Shown: positions 24,762 to 39,223, counted from the whole stretch's first letter. The stretch is 63,607 nt of DNA, filler included, from Octopus bimaculoides (GCF_001194135.2; 5 parts of 5 records of this genome joined end to end with filler, not necessarily neighbours in it), one strand, 5' to 3'. Notes: generated from the sequence alone by a model not told the origin. Numbers and translations: made by a program.

Positions 24762-25968
24762 ATTAAGGGATCAACAACACTTGCTTCACCACAGTTGCTT
24801 TACATACCGAAGGGCTTGGTAAAAATTATTAATTACTAATTTATTAATAAATTAATAAATTGATAATCCTTTACCCTTTTATTTATATATATATATATAT
24901 ATATTTACACGTACACACGTCTCTCTATATATACTATATATGCATACAAATATATACGTATCGATTTATATACGCAAGCGAGTGTGTGTGTATATGCGTG
25001 TGTGTGTGTATGTGTGAGTGTGTGTGTGTGTGTGTTCCGTGCGCACACCTGTGTACGTATTTATCATAAATTTAATTGTGGCCTATAAAAGAAAAACGAA
25101 AGCTAAGTGTAACGAACTTATACTTAACAAGCAAGTGAAACAAAACAGTTCCTGCATGGCTGGTGTGGTTACAGCTGTGCATGGAATTGTGAGATGGATG
25201 CAAGAATAGTTGGACGGGCACTGAGTGCTTGTTTTGGCCTAAAGAACTCGACTATACCTTGACAGTATAAATAATGCTAGGCATCGCTAGAGGAAGAGAT
25301 ACGGCCGCAAGGCACACAGATTGTTGTGATCTCTGTTTAACAGCTGATGAAGGGTGTGTCCTGTAGTGCAAGTTGTATGTAACACACACACTCACTCACA
25401 CATATAGACACAAACAGCCACCCACACACGGACAAGGATATATATTTATATATATATATATATTCACGTACACATGTACAATATATATATATATATATAT
25501 ANNNNNNNNNNNNNNNNNNNNNNNNNNNNNNNNNNNNNNNNNNNNNNNNNNNNNNNNNNNNNNNNNNNNNNNNNNNNNNNNNNNNNNNNNNNNNNNNNNN
25601 NNNNNNNNNNNNNNNNNNNNNNNNNNNNNNNNNNNNNNNNNNNNNNNNNNNNNNNNNNNNNNNNNNNNNNNNNNNNNNNNNNNNNNNNNNNNNNNNNNNN
25701 NNNNNNNNNNNNNNNNNNNNNNNNNNNNNNNNNNNNNNNNNNNNNNNNNNNNNNNNNNNNNNNNNNNNNNNNNNNNNNNNNNNNNNNNNNNNNNNNNNNN
25801 NNNNNNNNNNNNNNNNNNNNNNNNNNNNNNNNNNNNNNNNNNNNNNNNNNNNNNNNNNNNNNNNNNNNNNNNNNNNNNNNNNNNNNNNNNNNNNNNNNNN
25901 NNNNNNNNNNNNNNNNNNNNNNNNNNNNNNNNNNNNNNNNNNNNNNNNNNNNNNNNNNNNNNNNNNNN

Positions 25969-26012
<44 letters not shown>

Positions 26013-26445
26013 GTATATGTATGTATGTATAATATATTCATACATACATCACCTATTGTATAACTTAACTTTTCCGTCTTTCAGTCACGTAACTTGTGAC
26101 CGATTGCTGCAGTAATGTGTAGTTTTTCCAAGCGCCAGACATTTATCTCGCTGCAATTAACTTACATAGTGGAACTGAAAGCTGTTTTTGTTAAGTGAGG
26201 GTTGTGTTTCTCATCAACAGTCGCTAACACATAGAAGCAACCTACCGACCTCACCCTAACACGTAGAAACAACTAAAGAGCCACTATATTGTTGATGAAG
26301 CTGCTAGAAAAATGAAGCCGACCCTCACCTTTCATATAACCCACCTCCACCATTGTTTTAGTAACAACAACACCACCAACAACAACAACAATAATAACAA
26401 TAATAATAGTAATAATAATAATAATAGTAATGATAATAATAATAA

Positions 26446-26605
26446 TGGCTTCAAATTTTGACACAAGGCCAGAAATTTCGGGAGAGAGAGATAATCAATT
26501 ATATTGACACCAGTCTTCAAATGGTACTTATTTTATCGATTCCGATAGGATGAAAGGCAAAGTCGATCTCGGCGGAAATAGTATGGTAGGAGACATGCAC
26601 CACCC

Positions 26606-26654
<49 letters not shown>

Positions 26655-26803
26655 TTGCTTCCTACTATGGGCACAAGGCCTGAAATTTCGTGGGGAGGGG
26701 ACTAGTCGATTACATCGACTTCAGTGTTTAACTAGTGCTTAATTTATCGACCTCGAAAGGACGAAAGGCTAAGTCGACCTCGGCGGAATTTGAACTCAGA
26801 ACA
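26446..26803 (-). mobile_element. Two partial family A SINE copies (tail type 2) separated by (AAT)n
   Basis: cacaaggcc.gaaatttcg..tttatcga.c.cgaaagga.gaaaggc.aagtcga.ctcggcggaa. Confidence 0.8.
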
Positions 26804-26805
26804 TA

Positions 26806-26858
<53 letters not shown>

Positions 26859-27561
26859 TAATAATAAATGGAATGATTTTGTAAAGATTATAGATTTGAT
26901 TGATCAGGACTGACCAGGGGTTAAACAACAAGAATAAAAAAACAAAGACCAAAAAGACGTAGATACAGTAACATATATGCACATACGTACAGGCAGTCAC
27001 AAGCATTCCCGCCCACACACTAACGTTCATAAACATAGATGCTTGTAGTCGGTCGATTGACACGCAAGAAATAGCTGCCAAATTACTTGATTCGATGAAA
27101 GAGACCTCTATATCATTGCACCACAATCACCAAAGTTATTACGGATGCCGCAAGCAACACGTATCTGTTAAATCAAGGCTGACCTGATATGAAAGACCAC
27201 TGTCCTCTATGTGTGTGCGTGTGTGTGCGTGCGCGCGCGCGTGAGTTTGTATGTATGTATGTTTGTATCACCCTATGTGTGTGTATATATATATATATAT
27301 ATATACACTTGAAGTGTAACCGTACTTTTCCTTTTGATTCTTTTACTTTTACTTTATACATATATATATTCATAGACATTCATATGCATTTATATAAATG
27401 CATACATAATACCTACCTACCTACCTACCTACCTACCTACCTACCTACCTACCTACCTACNNNNNNNNNNNNNNNNNNNNNNNNNNNNNNNNNNNNNNNN
27501 NNNNNNNNNNNNNNNNNNNNNNNNNNNNNNNNNNNNNNNNNNNNNNNNNNNNNNNNNNNNN

Positions 27562-27598
<37 letters not shown>

Positions 27599-27681
27599 TA
27601 TACACGTATACACACATACATACATAGATATATAGATAGATTTGTAGATAGAGAGGGAGACAGAAAGAGGGAGATTTACAC

Positions 27682-27716
<35 letters not shown>

Positions 27717-27810
27717 CACACATATATATACATATATATATACATTAGTGTATGTATAAGTGTATGTATATATTGTATTCATATACATGTGTGCGTGGTG
27801 TGTATGCATG

Positions 27811-27841
<31 letters not shown>

Positions 27842-28178
27842 ATGCGTGTGTGTGTGTGTACTTTTACTTATATATACATATATACAAAACTGAATAAATG
27901 CATACATATATATCTTCACACATATTTATGTTAGTATGTAAGTACGGACGTACCAATGCATGTATGTATATACATAAACACGTTCAGATATTGCATACAC
28001 GGAAGTAGTTGATGGTAAATGACCAGTGTGTGGCATTAAGTAGGCTGTTTCTGTGAGTACTAAGTGTCTCTTGTGCAAGACAATAGACACCCATTCACGG
28101 TGTGCTCTTCAACCTATAACCAAGCCATTGGACACACACATCCTTCCTTTCACTATTCTGTGTTGTGTTTTCATACAG

Positions 28179-28225
<47 letters not shown>

Positions 28226-28325
28226 NNNNNNNNNNNNNNNNNNNNNNNNNNNNNNNNNNNNNNNNNNNNTTAATTAATTAANNNNNNNNNNNNNNNNNNN
28301 NNNNNNNNNNNNNNNNNNNNNNNNN
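28226..28325. other. Artificial scaffold spacer 44N-TTAATTAATTAA-44N
   Basis: Exactly 100 bp; identical spacers at three other positions. Confidence 0.9.
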
Positions 28326-28329
28326 AAAA

Positions 28330-29860
28330 TATGTCTTCCTGTTTTTTCTTTGTTTTTAGTTCTTTCCTTTTGCATTCTTTGTTCTTTCTTTTTATATACT
28401 TTGCGTCCTATTTAGAATATATTCCTGTCATACATTCATTTATTTATTTATTTTTGGTAAGGTGTAGTTCTGCATGAGAGTATATTAGTATAATATTTGT
28501 AAATTTGAAAAATCAACTTCGTAAAATCAATTAGTAAAAATAACTATATATATCATATCACACATATATACATATATATACATACAAAACGTATTCCTTG
28601 TTTTTCTTTTTTCTCTTTCAAACATTTAAGTTCGGGGAAATTTTTTTTATGAAGAGTAGTTCCATTGCCTTTCGGTATTGTGGATCGTCCCGTGTACATT
28701 TATAAAAGGGAAAGATTTTGAACTTTCCGTCTCTACATATTTCCAGATGTTTACTCAATGGAATAATTCTTAGTTCTTCTTGTCGGATATGTTGCCTGTG
28801 AATTCTTGCACGTTGGCAGAGTGAGTTATTCGTTTCGCCAATGTAATTTTCTTTACAGTTTGGACAGGTGATGCAGTATATGAGATTTTGTGCTTTGCAG
28901 TTCATATCTGCATTTATTTAAAAAATAGATCCGTTCTTGAATTTTATGTGGGAACCACTTTCTATGTATTTGTAGTTGTTGGTATTGTTACACGTTCCAC
29001 ATCTCCTATCACCACATTCTTTTAGTATGAATTCTGGTTTAGTCTCTGATCTGAATTCTACCCTTGTGAGGTGTTTTTTAAGGTTTTTTGGTTAGCGTCT
29101 GCTATTCCGTAAGGTGTCTTTTTCAATCAGAGTTTTCATCTTGGGTCTTTGAAGGAGTATAGGCAAGTTCGATTTTATGACGTGGAATATGTTAGTTATT
29201 CCAGGACTGTATGTGTTAATGAACGGAATCGTGTTTTCATTAACTTTTTCCTTTGGTGTCCGTAGTTGGGTGATATTCAGTTCCATCGCCTTTTTAATTC
29301 CTTCATTAAGGGGTATTTTTGTATAGTAGGGAAACCTTTCAGTTCATTGAGTCAGGTTTCACGCGTTTTAGGGTCACTTACTATAGCACAGATGCGTCTG
29401 GCCATGCTGTATGGGATGTTTATTTTGATGTGTGATGGGTGACAAGAATAGAAGTTTAAATATTGGTGTGTATCGTTTTTTTTTTTTGTAAAATATATTT
29501 GTTGTGACTGTGCAGTTTTGTATTTTTATGTGGATATCCAGGAATGGTAGTTCATTGCAACTGGATTCTGTTGTGAATTTGATGGAAGGGTGAAGTGCGT
29601 TTAGTATTTTGTTAAATACATTTAGATCTTCAGTCGATTTTCCCCCCAAAATGAAACAATTATCCAGGAAGCGTTTCCATTTTTTAATGATATGTTTCTT
29701 GTATTCCTGGTCAAAAGTTTTTTCTACTTCCTCATAGAGCTTTTCTTCTAAGTATCCCATAACTAAGTTTGCATATGAGGGCGCAAATCGCGTACCCATA
29801 GCGGTGCCCTTTACCTCCCGATATGTTTTGTTGTCGAATTTAAAGGTATTTTCCTCTAGT
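28330..29860 (-). mobile_element. Penelope-like retroelement fragment (RT C-half + GIY-YIG)
   Basis: KGTAMGTRFAPSYANLVMG, WKRFLDNCFIL, LPFLDI; CGDRRCGTC linker; NLIYCITCPNCKENYIGET..FKIFPFY. Confidence 0.9.
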
Positions 29861-32112
29861 ACTAGACGTGTAAATTAAAGAATCTGATGTTATTTGGAAT
29901 TAAAGTTGGGAAATTTGGGTAATTTTTACCATTCAAAAGACAGCGTTGCATTAACAGCTCGTTACCGTGACAACAGGACGCTGTGTTGTGATTCACTTCA
30001 CTGTTGTCTGTGATGCACGTTGTTCGATGTTGATTTTTCATAAATGATTCTTCACACGACAAGATTTTTTCACCCGTGGGTTTTGTTTTAATTTTCTGTG
30101 TTAGTATATTACATGTTTTTCTGTGCTTCTGTGTGTTAGTATTTTTCTGTGCTTTTTCTGTGCTTTTTCTGTATTTATTCTTATCGTAGTTTACAGATCC
30201 AAGTAAGAAAACGTTACTCAACTTTGGAGTTTGGGAGACATATGCCCCCTTCCCCCCAAATTTATATAATAATAATGTACATAAATACATGGCAGGTATA
30301 CATAATAATGAAATGCCCATAATGTAAACACATGCAGACAAATATATGAATAGAACAAATTTAAAAAAATAAAAAAATACAATCAATGAATGAGAAAGAT
30401 TAGATCCAGATGATTCATGTTGATTTTATTAGGTATTTCTATTTATTTACAAACCTACATTGAAACTACGTATTTCTGTTTATTTACAAACCTACAATGA
30501 ACAGGCCAGACGCTACATTTCACTGTACAACATTAAAGTCGCCATGATTTGGGTAAACACAGATATTGATTTAGCTTAATTTCAATAAAATATACATTTC
30601 ACTTATGTAATCATATATTTATTAGCGTTCATTTTAATGAAACACCTGTTGAGATAAAACAACGGACAATATATGTAGAACTTTTGTTTTGCGTTTATGC
30701 TACATTTATATTTACGCAGGTATATACAGGCATGACTGTGTATGTATGTATGTATGTATGTATGTATGTATGTATGTATGTATGTATGTATGTATGTGTG
30801 CAGTATCCCATTGATATTGTGAGCGAATATATTTTATTGCTATCATCTCACTTAGCATGCTATACTCAAGAACAATGAACCAAAGATTAAAGGAGAAATC
30901 ATTAAAACTTAGTAACATGAAGTTGGGATTGATCTTATTAATATCCTTTGAATAATATAATTTCAGTTGTATGTCATCTTGAATATGGTATGTAAAATCG
31001 TTTTGACCAAATTTAGCCAACCTTAAAGTTACTCAACTTTAAACCATGATTAGTTCAAAAATAAGATTTTATGAAGCGAGCAAATGATGTTTAAAATGAA
31101 ATTGTTTAAATGTATCAATAATTTATATCATATCTTATAGAGAAATATTGTTCACTTATTTTGGCATTTGTACTGGAGTTTTCAGTTGGTGCGCCAGAAA
31201 GATTGACCTGACTAATTCTTATATATATTTTTTCCATCAGAGATGGACGAGAATTAAATTCAAAATTCATGTTTGAACCTAGAACAAAGCTGTACACACT
31301 GACGTATATAGACATATGTAATGAAATAATAAATGGCACTTATTACCGTGATATATCATTTATTATGTACGAGCAACATAAGAAGAATGTCTTACTGTCA
31401 GAAAAAACTGATCAATCATGGCACGCGACTGATGAATTATTATATTAGATATTGAACAGGGAAGTAATATGTGGGGCTTGGTGGGATGCCAAATGAGAAT
31501 GTAAGAGAGTGCAACTATTCGAGACACCATAATTTTGCTCACTACTCTACCTATTCACGCTCTAATGTAACATTTAGTTCATTACAAATACTATATACGG
31601 TTTTGGTTGACAACATAAGCTGCTCGATGAGGGAATCACCAACATGCACATAAATAGATTTATTTTGGACTCAAAGACATACAAATAATTGAAGTATTCT
31701 AAGAATTGATTTGCTCATGCAATATCAAATACGCTCGTATAGTTAAGAAGCTATAAGAGGATTTCTAAGTCGTTAGGATGGATACTATTTAGAAGAGAAT
31801 TTCCTCATATCTCAGTCGTGCTAAGAGGTTTTCAGGTGCTTATATATAATTTAATACAAACACACACGCATACATGTACGCCCGCGTACACACATACACT
31901 CATAGATTTGCATATATATAGCGTGAGAGAGATAGAAAGAAATATATCTTGCACATTGTGAGAAGTAGTGTCGTTCTTTCTGATTCTAAGAAGACGATCA
32001 CTAATTCACCTCATTTCAGATGTCGAGAATGAGAAGAGCGGTACAATAATACTTGAGTGAAATAAGTGTATATCTACAGAGAAACATTTGACAACACACA
32101 CACACACACACA

Positions 32113-32171
<59 letters not shown>

Positions 32172-32776
32172 TATATAAGTATATTAGTATATATATATAT
32201 ATATCGGGGTCGGGGTGACTCATTTACTACGACCGCAGTTCTCAGAACGAAAACTTAAATGTGTGCCCTCCTTATGGACATCATAGACATATAGTGATAG
32301 CACTACATCAATATAATTAAATTTAATTTTAATTCTATTCATTCTCTTTTAACCTTCTAAAAAGCCTACTAGAACACTCAGATATAATTTGACCTAATTT
32401 AATGTGTATAAAACTCGCAATTTTCCATTGGAATTGTTCTTAACTTTATAACAATATCAGATACCAACATATTCACCATTACTTTACTTTGTACCTTAAA
32501 AGAGTAGAATAAGGAAATAAACTACTCGCGATTAAAAAGGCTTACATGAAGGTGCACAGCAGATCATGCTGAATTCCATGCAAAACTGCTAATACTGTGT
32601 GCAGTAGAAAAAAACGTGTCGGTAAATTTAACCAGCTAATTATGCTGTATGACCAACTATAAGATTAAAATTAAAATTTGAAGACGTACTAATCTCCGTA
32701 TTCATTTTTTCTATTTGTTTGAAAAATACATACATAGATACATATACATATATATATACACACACACACACACACT

Positions 32777-32863
<87 letters not shown>

Positions 32864-32872
32864 CTATATATA

Positions 32873-33600
32873 GAGGGGTTGGACAATATAAGGGAAACAC
32901 CTTAAAATTTCAAATATATTTTAATACTGGATAGAACCGCCTTTGGTAGGAATTACAGCTTGAATTCCGCGAGTTATGGACTCGTACAAAGTTTGAATTG
33001 ATTCTAAAGGAATTTTTGTCCACTCTTCAGCTAAAACAGTCTCCAGTTTTTGTAGTGATGATGGTGGAGGATATCGACTCCTTACTTGTTTTTCTACAAT
33101 GTACCATAAATGTTGAATAATATTGAGAGGTAGGGACTGTGGTAGTCAGATAAGATATTCAACTTCACTAGAATGTTCCTCGTACCATCCAGTAACAACC
33201 TTAGCTGTTTGAATTGGTGCATTATCATCCTGAAAGATTGTGTTTCCCTCCGGAAACAGTTCCGCAACTATAGGATGAATTTGATCAGATAAAATGCTTA
33301 AATAGTCTTGAATATTAATTCTGCCATGAGGAGAAACCATTGGGCCGGCGGATTTCCGAGATATAGCCCTCCAGATCGTCACAGATCCTCCTCCGTGTTT
33401 AACGATTGGAAGAAGACTGTCTGGGTCAAATGGTTCTTTTGGCTGTTTCCACACGTATACTCGGCCGGTGGTCGGAAATAAGGTAAAGGATGACTCGCCT
33501 GAAAAAATAACATTCTTCTACTGCTCTAGGGACCAATTCTGTAGGTCTTTAATCCACTCGCTTTGTAAAGGTTGTTTTTGAAAGTGCCGGCTTTCTGGAC
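32873..33600 (-). mobile_element. Tc1-like element A, 3' half with TIR
   Basis: TA|gaggggttggacaa end; RKP.L..VIFSGES, VKHGGGSVTIW, FQDDNAP-..-NIIQHLW (36 residues between D and the E position, which reads Q). Confidence 0.85.
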
Positions 33601-34653
33601 CCTTTTAGGCACGTTACTGCTCAGATGACGAATATTCTCTAACAGAATTACTTGCGAAGTTCTGTGCAGTAATCTCAAAACATCTGGCTTTGAATTTGCT
33701 TACGAAGTGTCTTGTCCATTATGTCCTAGAGATGTTCAATAGGGTTCATCTCTGGTGACTGTTTTGATCATAGAAGCTTTTTAAGGATATTCTCATCCAA
33801 CAAATCTTGGGTTATTTGAGCTGTGTGACAAGGAGCCCTTTCTTCCATAAATAAAGTGTCTTCTTTAATCATTTCACCACAGGATCAGATTGGACACATA
33901 TATCTGAGTTTATGTTTCCTTCACACACAATCAGCTCTCATCAACCATTGCTCGAAATTTCTCTCTAGACCATCACAGAATAGCTGTCATGTTTCATTCA
34001 CGGCTGCAATCGTTTCACATCAAATTCTTGATCACGGAGTCTTCAGACCCACACTCGACCACTGTCAGGAAATACAGCAAATCTGGAGTCATCAGATAAT
34101 ATGACAGTGCTCAAAATGCTAGTAGCCTCTCTACCATCTTTCTGGCCCAATCATTTCTCCGCTTGATTTTGGCTGGTCGAAGAAGTGGCTTCCTTGTTGC
34201 TGCTCTGCCACAGTAACCGAGTTTGTGAAGATACCTGACAACTTTTCTGGGACTGAAACCAACTTGTTCTGCTATGTCTGAGGATTATCCTCCTCATTTC
34301 TCTTAACAAAGAGAAGTGTCCGGTTAGAGGGCTCTGTTTGATCTGAACGAGGTGATGTAGACTTCTTCCACTCTTTGGTGAATTAAACAATCACTCTATT
34401 AACTGTAGAAAGCGGTATCCCAAGATTTTTTGCGATTTTACGCTGACTATGTCCACCTTCAGAATGACCCACAGTAGGCCTCTTTGAAATTCAAACAGTT
34501 CCAAAGCTTCTTTTGTACATGGCGCGGTTAAACAGTCACATATAGAACCTGAAACATAAGAATGTCAATTAATAAAAAAAGTATAAACCTTTACGAGTTA
34601 GAATAAACATAAAACGTGTTTTATGGTGTATCTATTTACTTCTGTCATGTCTG
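33600..34653 (-). mobile_element. Tc1-like element B (DD34E spacing), 5' TIR and nearly whole transposase, lacking its 3' end
   Basis: [47 protein letters not shown]-..-QSPEMNPIEHL; TIR-like cagacatgacagaagtaaatagatacacc at 34625-34653. Confidence 0.8.
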
Positions 34654-34854
34654 TGTGTACGCACGAAAGCATACACTCTCACGCACACATATGTATACAT
34701 ATGTAAATATATATATNNNNNNNNNNNNNNNNNNNNNNNNNNNNNNNNNNNNNNNNNNNNNNNNNNNNNNNNNNNNNNNNNNNNNNNNNNNNNNNNNNNN
34801 NNNNNNNNNNNNNNNNNNNNNNNNNNNNNNNNNNNNNNNNNNNNNNNNNNNNNN

Positions 34855-34900
<46 letters not shown>

Positions 34901-35373
34901 TATAATAATGTGCGTACATATGTGGTGCATGAATGTGTGTGTGTCTTCATAATCTGTTTAATGGATTTGTTATCATTCGAACGTTCTTTGAAATACCAAC
35001 TACTTGCTCAGTTCTACCAGTCAAGCGATATAGTGATTCATTCTTTAAGAGATATTTTATGCAATAAAATTCAATTAAAATTTGTTTCCAAAATTAAGAT
35101 TATACGTTAAATATGCAGTTTCTGTCTCATCTACCACGTTCCATTTTAATGATTTGATTCGAATCACAGACTGTGGCGTAACGGTGCAATTTTCTTCTCC
35201 ACAAACACTCACTCAATCAGACACACGCACATACGCTCACATCGCATACACATAAATGTACAAATATTAATGAAAGAAATAGTGTCTCTGTGTTATATCA
35301 TGTGCGTCTATGTACATTAATTTCTCTCTCCTTGTCTACGTGTATGTACATATTAATTAAAAAAAAGAATAAA

Positions 35374-35601
35374 GATCCTTCCCGAGCCATACGCTGGTAT
35401 ATACAGTTTCCCCAGGTTTTATGATGTATATGCTTCACCATTGAACTGGACGCCCGCCCATCGCAGGATTATTCATGTTTGCCAGACGAGTGCACTAAAG
35501 CAACGTGAAAAGTAATATTTTGTTCAAGAACTGAACGCGTCACTCTGTCCAGACATCTTAGAGACATGAGTGCCAGCCGCTAACAATTAAACTACGCGCC
35601 T
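35374..35601 (-). mobile_element. Degenerate tRNA-derived SINE (family D)
   Basis: Minus strand begins ggaggcgcgtagtttaattgttagc.. and contains ttcttgaacaaaatattacttttcacgttgctttagtgcactc, a common SINE central motif. Confidence 0.5.
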
Positions 35602-35884
35602 CCTCATATATGGGTAATCCATACATGCATACGTATATATATATATATATATATACATAATCTCTTTTCTCCATCTATTTACCTTTACCAGTACATTTTC
35701 AAAATTTCATTCACACCACAGCAACACCTTCAATGAACATCACATAGAATTTATTTCTCCACACTATTTACTTGTAATAGCAAAATATGAACTCCTATCG
35801 GAATCTATATACCATGGACAAGCAGCATTTCTATCCATTCTACACAGCACTTTCCTTGGATAATGGAACTGCAACTGTGACATC

Positions 35885-36142
35885 CTACTCTCTTTTACTT
35901 GTTTCAGTCATTTACTCTCTTTACTCTCTTTTACTTGTTTCAGTCGTTTGACTGCGGCCGTGCTGGAGCACCGCCTTTAGTCGAGCAAATCGACCCCAGG
36001 ACTTATTCTTTGTAAGCCTAGTACTTATTCTATCGGTTACTTTTGCCGAACCGCTAAGTTACGGGAACGTAAACACACCAGCATCGGTTGTCAAGCGATG
36101 TTGGCGGGACAAACACAGACACACAAACAGACACACACACAC
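35885..36142 (-). mobile_element. SINE family C 3' part
   Basis: Near-identical to the 19386, 51545 and 55788 copies. Confidence 0.85.
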
Positions 36143-36242
36143 NNNNNNNNNNNNNNNNNNNNNNNNNNNNNNNNNNNNNNNNNNNNTTAATTAATTAANN
36201 NNNNNNNNNNNNNNNNNNNNNNNNNNNNNNNNNNNNNNNNNN
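36143..36242. other. Artificial scaffold spacer 44N-TTAATTAATTAA-44N
   Basis: Direct reading. Confidence 0.9.
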
Positions 36243-36244
36243 GA

Positions 36245-36545
36245 TATACGGCAGGCTCTCTTTCTCCCATTCATTCTCTTTATTAAGCAATCTATCGTAG
36301 TGGCATCTCCAGACCTCTTTCTTTGCATCCTCATTTAATGCAAGCGTACCATCATCCATGCGAACACATTTCTCTCCTACAACATCACTATTCTCTCTCC
36401 TACACTGTCTTGCAACACGAAATACCTCGAGTCTTTGGTCCTCACGGCGCAGAACATTAGCAAATCTTTCCTTATCTGCTTCCCCTCTGGCTAAATAAAC
36501 CTGTCGCCTAGCCTCCCTTCTGGCACATTGGTACAATTCCCTGCT
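36245..36545 (-). mobile_element. RTE-clade LINE fragment (EN-RT linker)
   Basis: RENSDVVGEKCVRMDDGTLALNEDAKKEVWRCHYDRLLNKENEW. Confidence 0.75.
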
Positions 36546-36985
36546 AATAAAATAAATACCAGTAAAGTACTGGGGTTAGTGCCATCAACTATCAGCCTCT
36601 CCACAGATTTCGTGCCTCGTACCTATAGTAGAAGGGATTATTACTTATAGATGATACAACATGGTTTCAAATCAAAGTAATGTACCAATGTAATGGACTG
36701 TGAGTGTCTAACAAGAGTTAACTCCACTTATGTCATAAATATATGGAGTTATAGCTATATCTTTAAGAAATGTATACTTAGTCCCACAGTTGAACCACAG
36801 AGATTTCAGCAGCCAAGAACAAAGACTGGACTGACTAGTTCTCTTTTAATTAAAGCTCATTAACAATACTCTCTATACATATTTATTCATACTCCACACA
36901 GTATTGGAACTCTAAATTACATTGCATAACACAATTTCTGTCCTTGGGTAGCAGCTGTTATTTCCTATATGCTTACCCTTAGAAA

Positions 36986-37378
36986 GTGTGGAGGCGCAAT
37001 GGCCCAGTGGTTAGGCAGCAGACTCGCAGCCGTAGGATCGCGGTTTCGATTCCCAGACCAGGCGTTGTGAGTGTTTATTGAGCGAAAACATCTAAAGCTC
37101 CACGAGGCTCCAGCAGGGGGTGGTGGCGAACCCTGCTGTACTCTTTCACCACAACTTTCTCTCATTCTTTCTTCCTGTTTCTGTTGTACCTGTATTTCAA
37201 AGGGCCAGCCTTGTCATACTGTGTCACGCTGAATATCCCTGAGAACTACGTTAGGGGTACATGTGTCTGTGGAGTGCTCAGCCACTTGCACGTTAATTTT
37301 ACGAGCAGGCTGTTCCGTTGATCGGATCAACTGGAACCCTCGACGTCGTAAGCGATGGAGTGCCAACAAAAAAAAAAA
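36986..37378 (+). mobile_element. Full-length tRNA-derived SINE family B (OR-like) with 11-bp TSD
   Basis: Head gtggaggcgcaatggcccagtggttagg..gtttcgattcc; tail gagtgccaacaaa; TSD acccttagaaa at 36975-36985 and 37379-37389. Confidence 0.9.
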
Positions 37379-37411
37379 ACCCTTAGAAAATATGAAAAAT
37401 GGTTAATATTT

Positions 37412-37698
37412 CCTTCAAACTTTGCTTTTGTCACATTTATTCAAACCCTAAAGAATCCTTCTCAACACATGGCTACTCCTGCTCATCATCAGAGATGCAC
37501 ATATTGTCAGCTACTAAAGGAAATGCTCAACTGGTTAAGGTGAAGCAACTGAAAAGCAAATCTATGGTATTGAGCAAAATATTTGCTATAACTATATTTT
37601 TGCTTCAGCAACTCAGAGCTGAATCTGTCTGAAATGTAATGGAAAACAGGTCAGTTTCAAAACATTGATTTCCAGGTGACAAAAGCAAAGTTTGAAGG
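37412..37698. mobile_element. MITE-like element with perfect 23-bp inverted repeats
   Basis: ccttcaaactttgcttttgtcac (37412-37434) / gtgacaaaagcaaagtttgaagg (37676-37698); true ends may lie slightly outside. Confidence 0.65.
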
Positions 37699-38180
37699 GA
37701 ATGGTAATGATTTTCTTTGATTTCTAGATAGAAGCAAATAAGAAATAATACCTACTGACCAAAGACAAAAAAATAAAAATAAAAATTTTGTTATACAGTG
37801 TTATAAATGCTGAGCCATCAGTCATGAACCAATCTGTATATTTAGTTGAACTTACCCAGATTACTCTGTCAAATGTAATGCTTATTTATTCACAATTTTT
37901 TTAACTAATCATGCATTATCTTGTAGCTTTGAGATTTCAATGTTGTGATTGTATATTTTTAGAATGACATTGTAGGGTAGATGTGAGTTTTGAATGTAAA
38001 ACAGGCAGAATATTAGGGCTGGTTTAATTGCTAAAGGTTTAAATTATATTTCAAACAGCCAACTTTCATAGTGAGCCTTCAGAACTCCATTTATCTTTAC
38101 TCAAAGCTGACACTGTGCTGCTGCTATAGTTATTAATGCCCATTTGTCAGCCATGTACCATTATGCAAATTTTGTTTGGC

Positions 38181-38342
38181 TTACTCTTTTACTTGTTTCA
38201 GTCATTTGACTGCGACCATGCTGGAGCACTGCCTTTTAGTCAAGCAAATTGACCACAGGACTTATTCTTTGGAAGCCTAGTACTTATTCTATCGGTCTCT
38301 TTTGCCGAACTGCTAAGTTATGGGGATGTAAACACACCACCA
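38181..38342 (-). mobile_element. SINE family C 3' part (abuts gap)
   Basis: Matches other family C copies. Confidence 0.85.
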
Positions 38343-38839
38343 NNNNNNNNNNNNNNNNNNNNNNNNNNNNNNNNNNNNNNNNNNNNNNNNNNNNNNNNNN
38401 NNNNNNNNNNNNNNNNNNNNNNNNNNNNNNNNNNNNNNNNNNNNNNNNNNNNNNNNNNNNNNNNNNNNNNNNNNNNNNNNNNNNNNNNNNNNNNNNNNNN
38501 NNNNNNNNNNNNNNNNNNNNNNNNNNNNNNNNNNNNNNNNNNNNNNNNNNNNNNNNNNNNNNNNNNNNNNNNNNNNNNNNNNNNNNNNNNNNNNNNNNNN
38601 NNNNNNNNNNNNNNNNNNNNNNNNNNNNNNNNNNNNNNNNNNNNNNNNNNNNNNNNNNNNNNNNNNNNNNNNNNNNNNNNNNNNNNNNNNNNNNNNNNNN
38701 NNNNNNNNNNATAATCATGGAGTTTAATTTCATAGCAAGATTAAGTAGATGTTTATTAAAGAGCTGGCTATGAACTGTAGTCACTTCAATTCATAATACA
38801 CACTGCATTGGAATGTTAGTTGTTAATACCAGGCTGTTA

Positions 38840-39223
38840 GTGGAGGTGCAATGGCCCAGTGGTTAGGGTAGCGGACTCGCGGTCATAGGATCGCGGTTTC
38901 GATTCCCAGACCGGGTGTTGTGAGTGTTTATTGAGCGAAAACACCTAAAGCTCCACAAGGCTCCGGCAGGGGATGGTGGCGAACCCTGTTGTACTCTTTC
39001 ACCACAACTTTCTCTCACTCTATATTCCTGTTTCTGTTGTGTCTGTAATTCAAAGGGTCAGCCTTGTCACATTGTGTCACACTGAATATACCCGAGAACT
39101 ACGTTAAAGGTACACGTATCTGTGGAGTGCTCAGCCACTTGCACGTTAATTTCACGAGCAGGCTGTTCCGTTGATCGGATCAACTGGAACCCTCGACGTC
39201 GTAAGCGACGGAGTGCCAACAAC
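38840..39223 (+). mobile_element. Full-length SINE family B with perfect 15-bp TSD
   Basis: TSD aataccaggctgtta at 38825-38839 and 39224-39238; (AAC)n tail. Confidence 0.92.

Noticed and set aside
19338-28277. Many ORFs rich in YI, CV, HT, SL or RE dipeptides
   Set aside because: They are translations of microsatellites or run through N gaps.
29862-30386. 174-aa minus ORF, a possible pLTR hammerhead and an X-box-like gttaccgtgacaac
   Set aside because: Low-complexity with no recognisable domain; no CUGANGA/UUGANAA core pairing with GAAA was found.
30712-31339. Two AT-rich minus ORFs that look receptor-like
   Set aside because: No recognisable motifs, not in a continuous frame, no clear splice sites.
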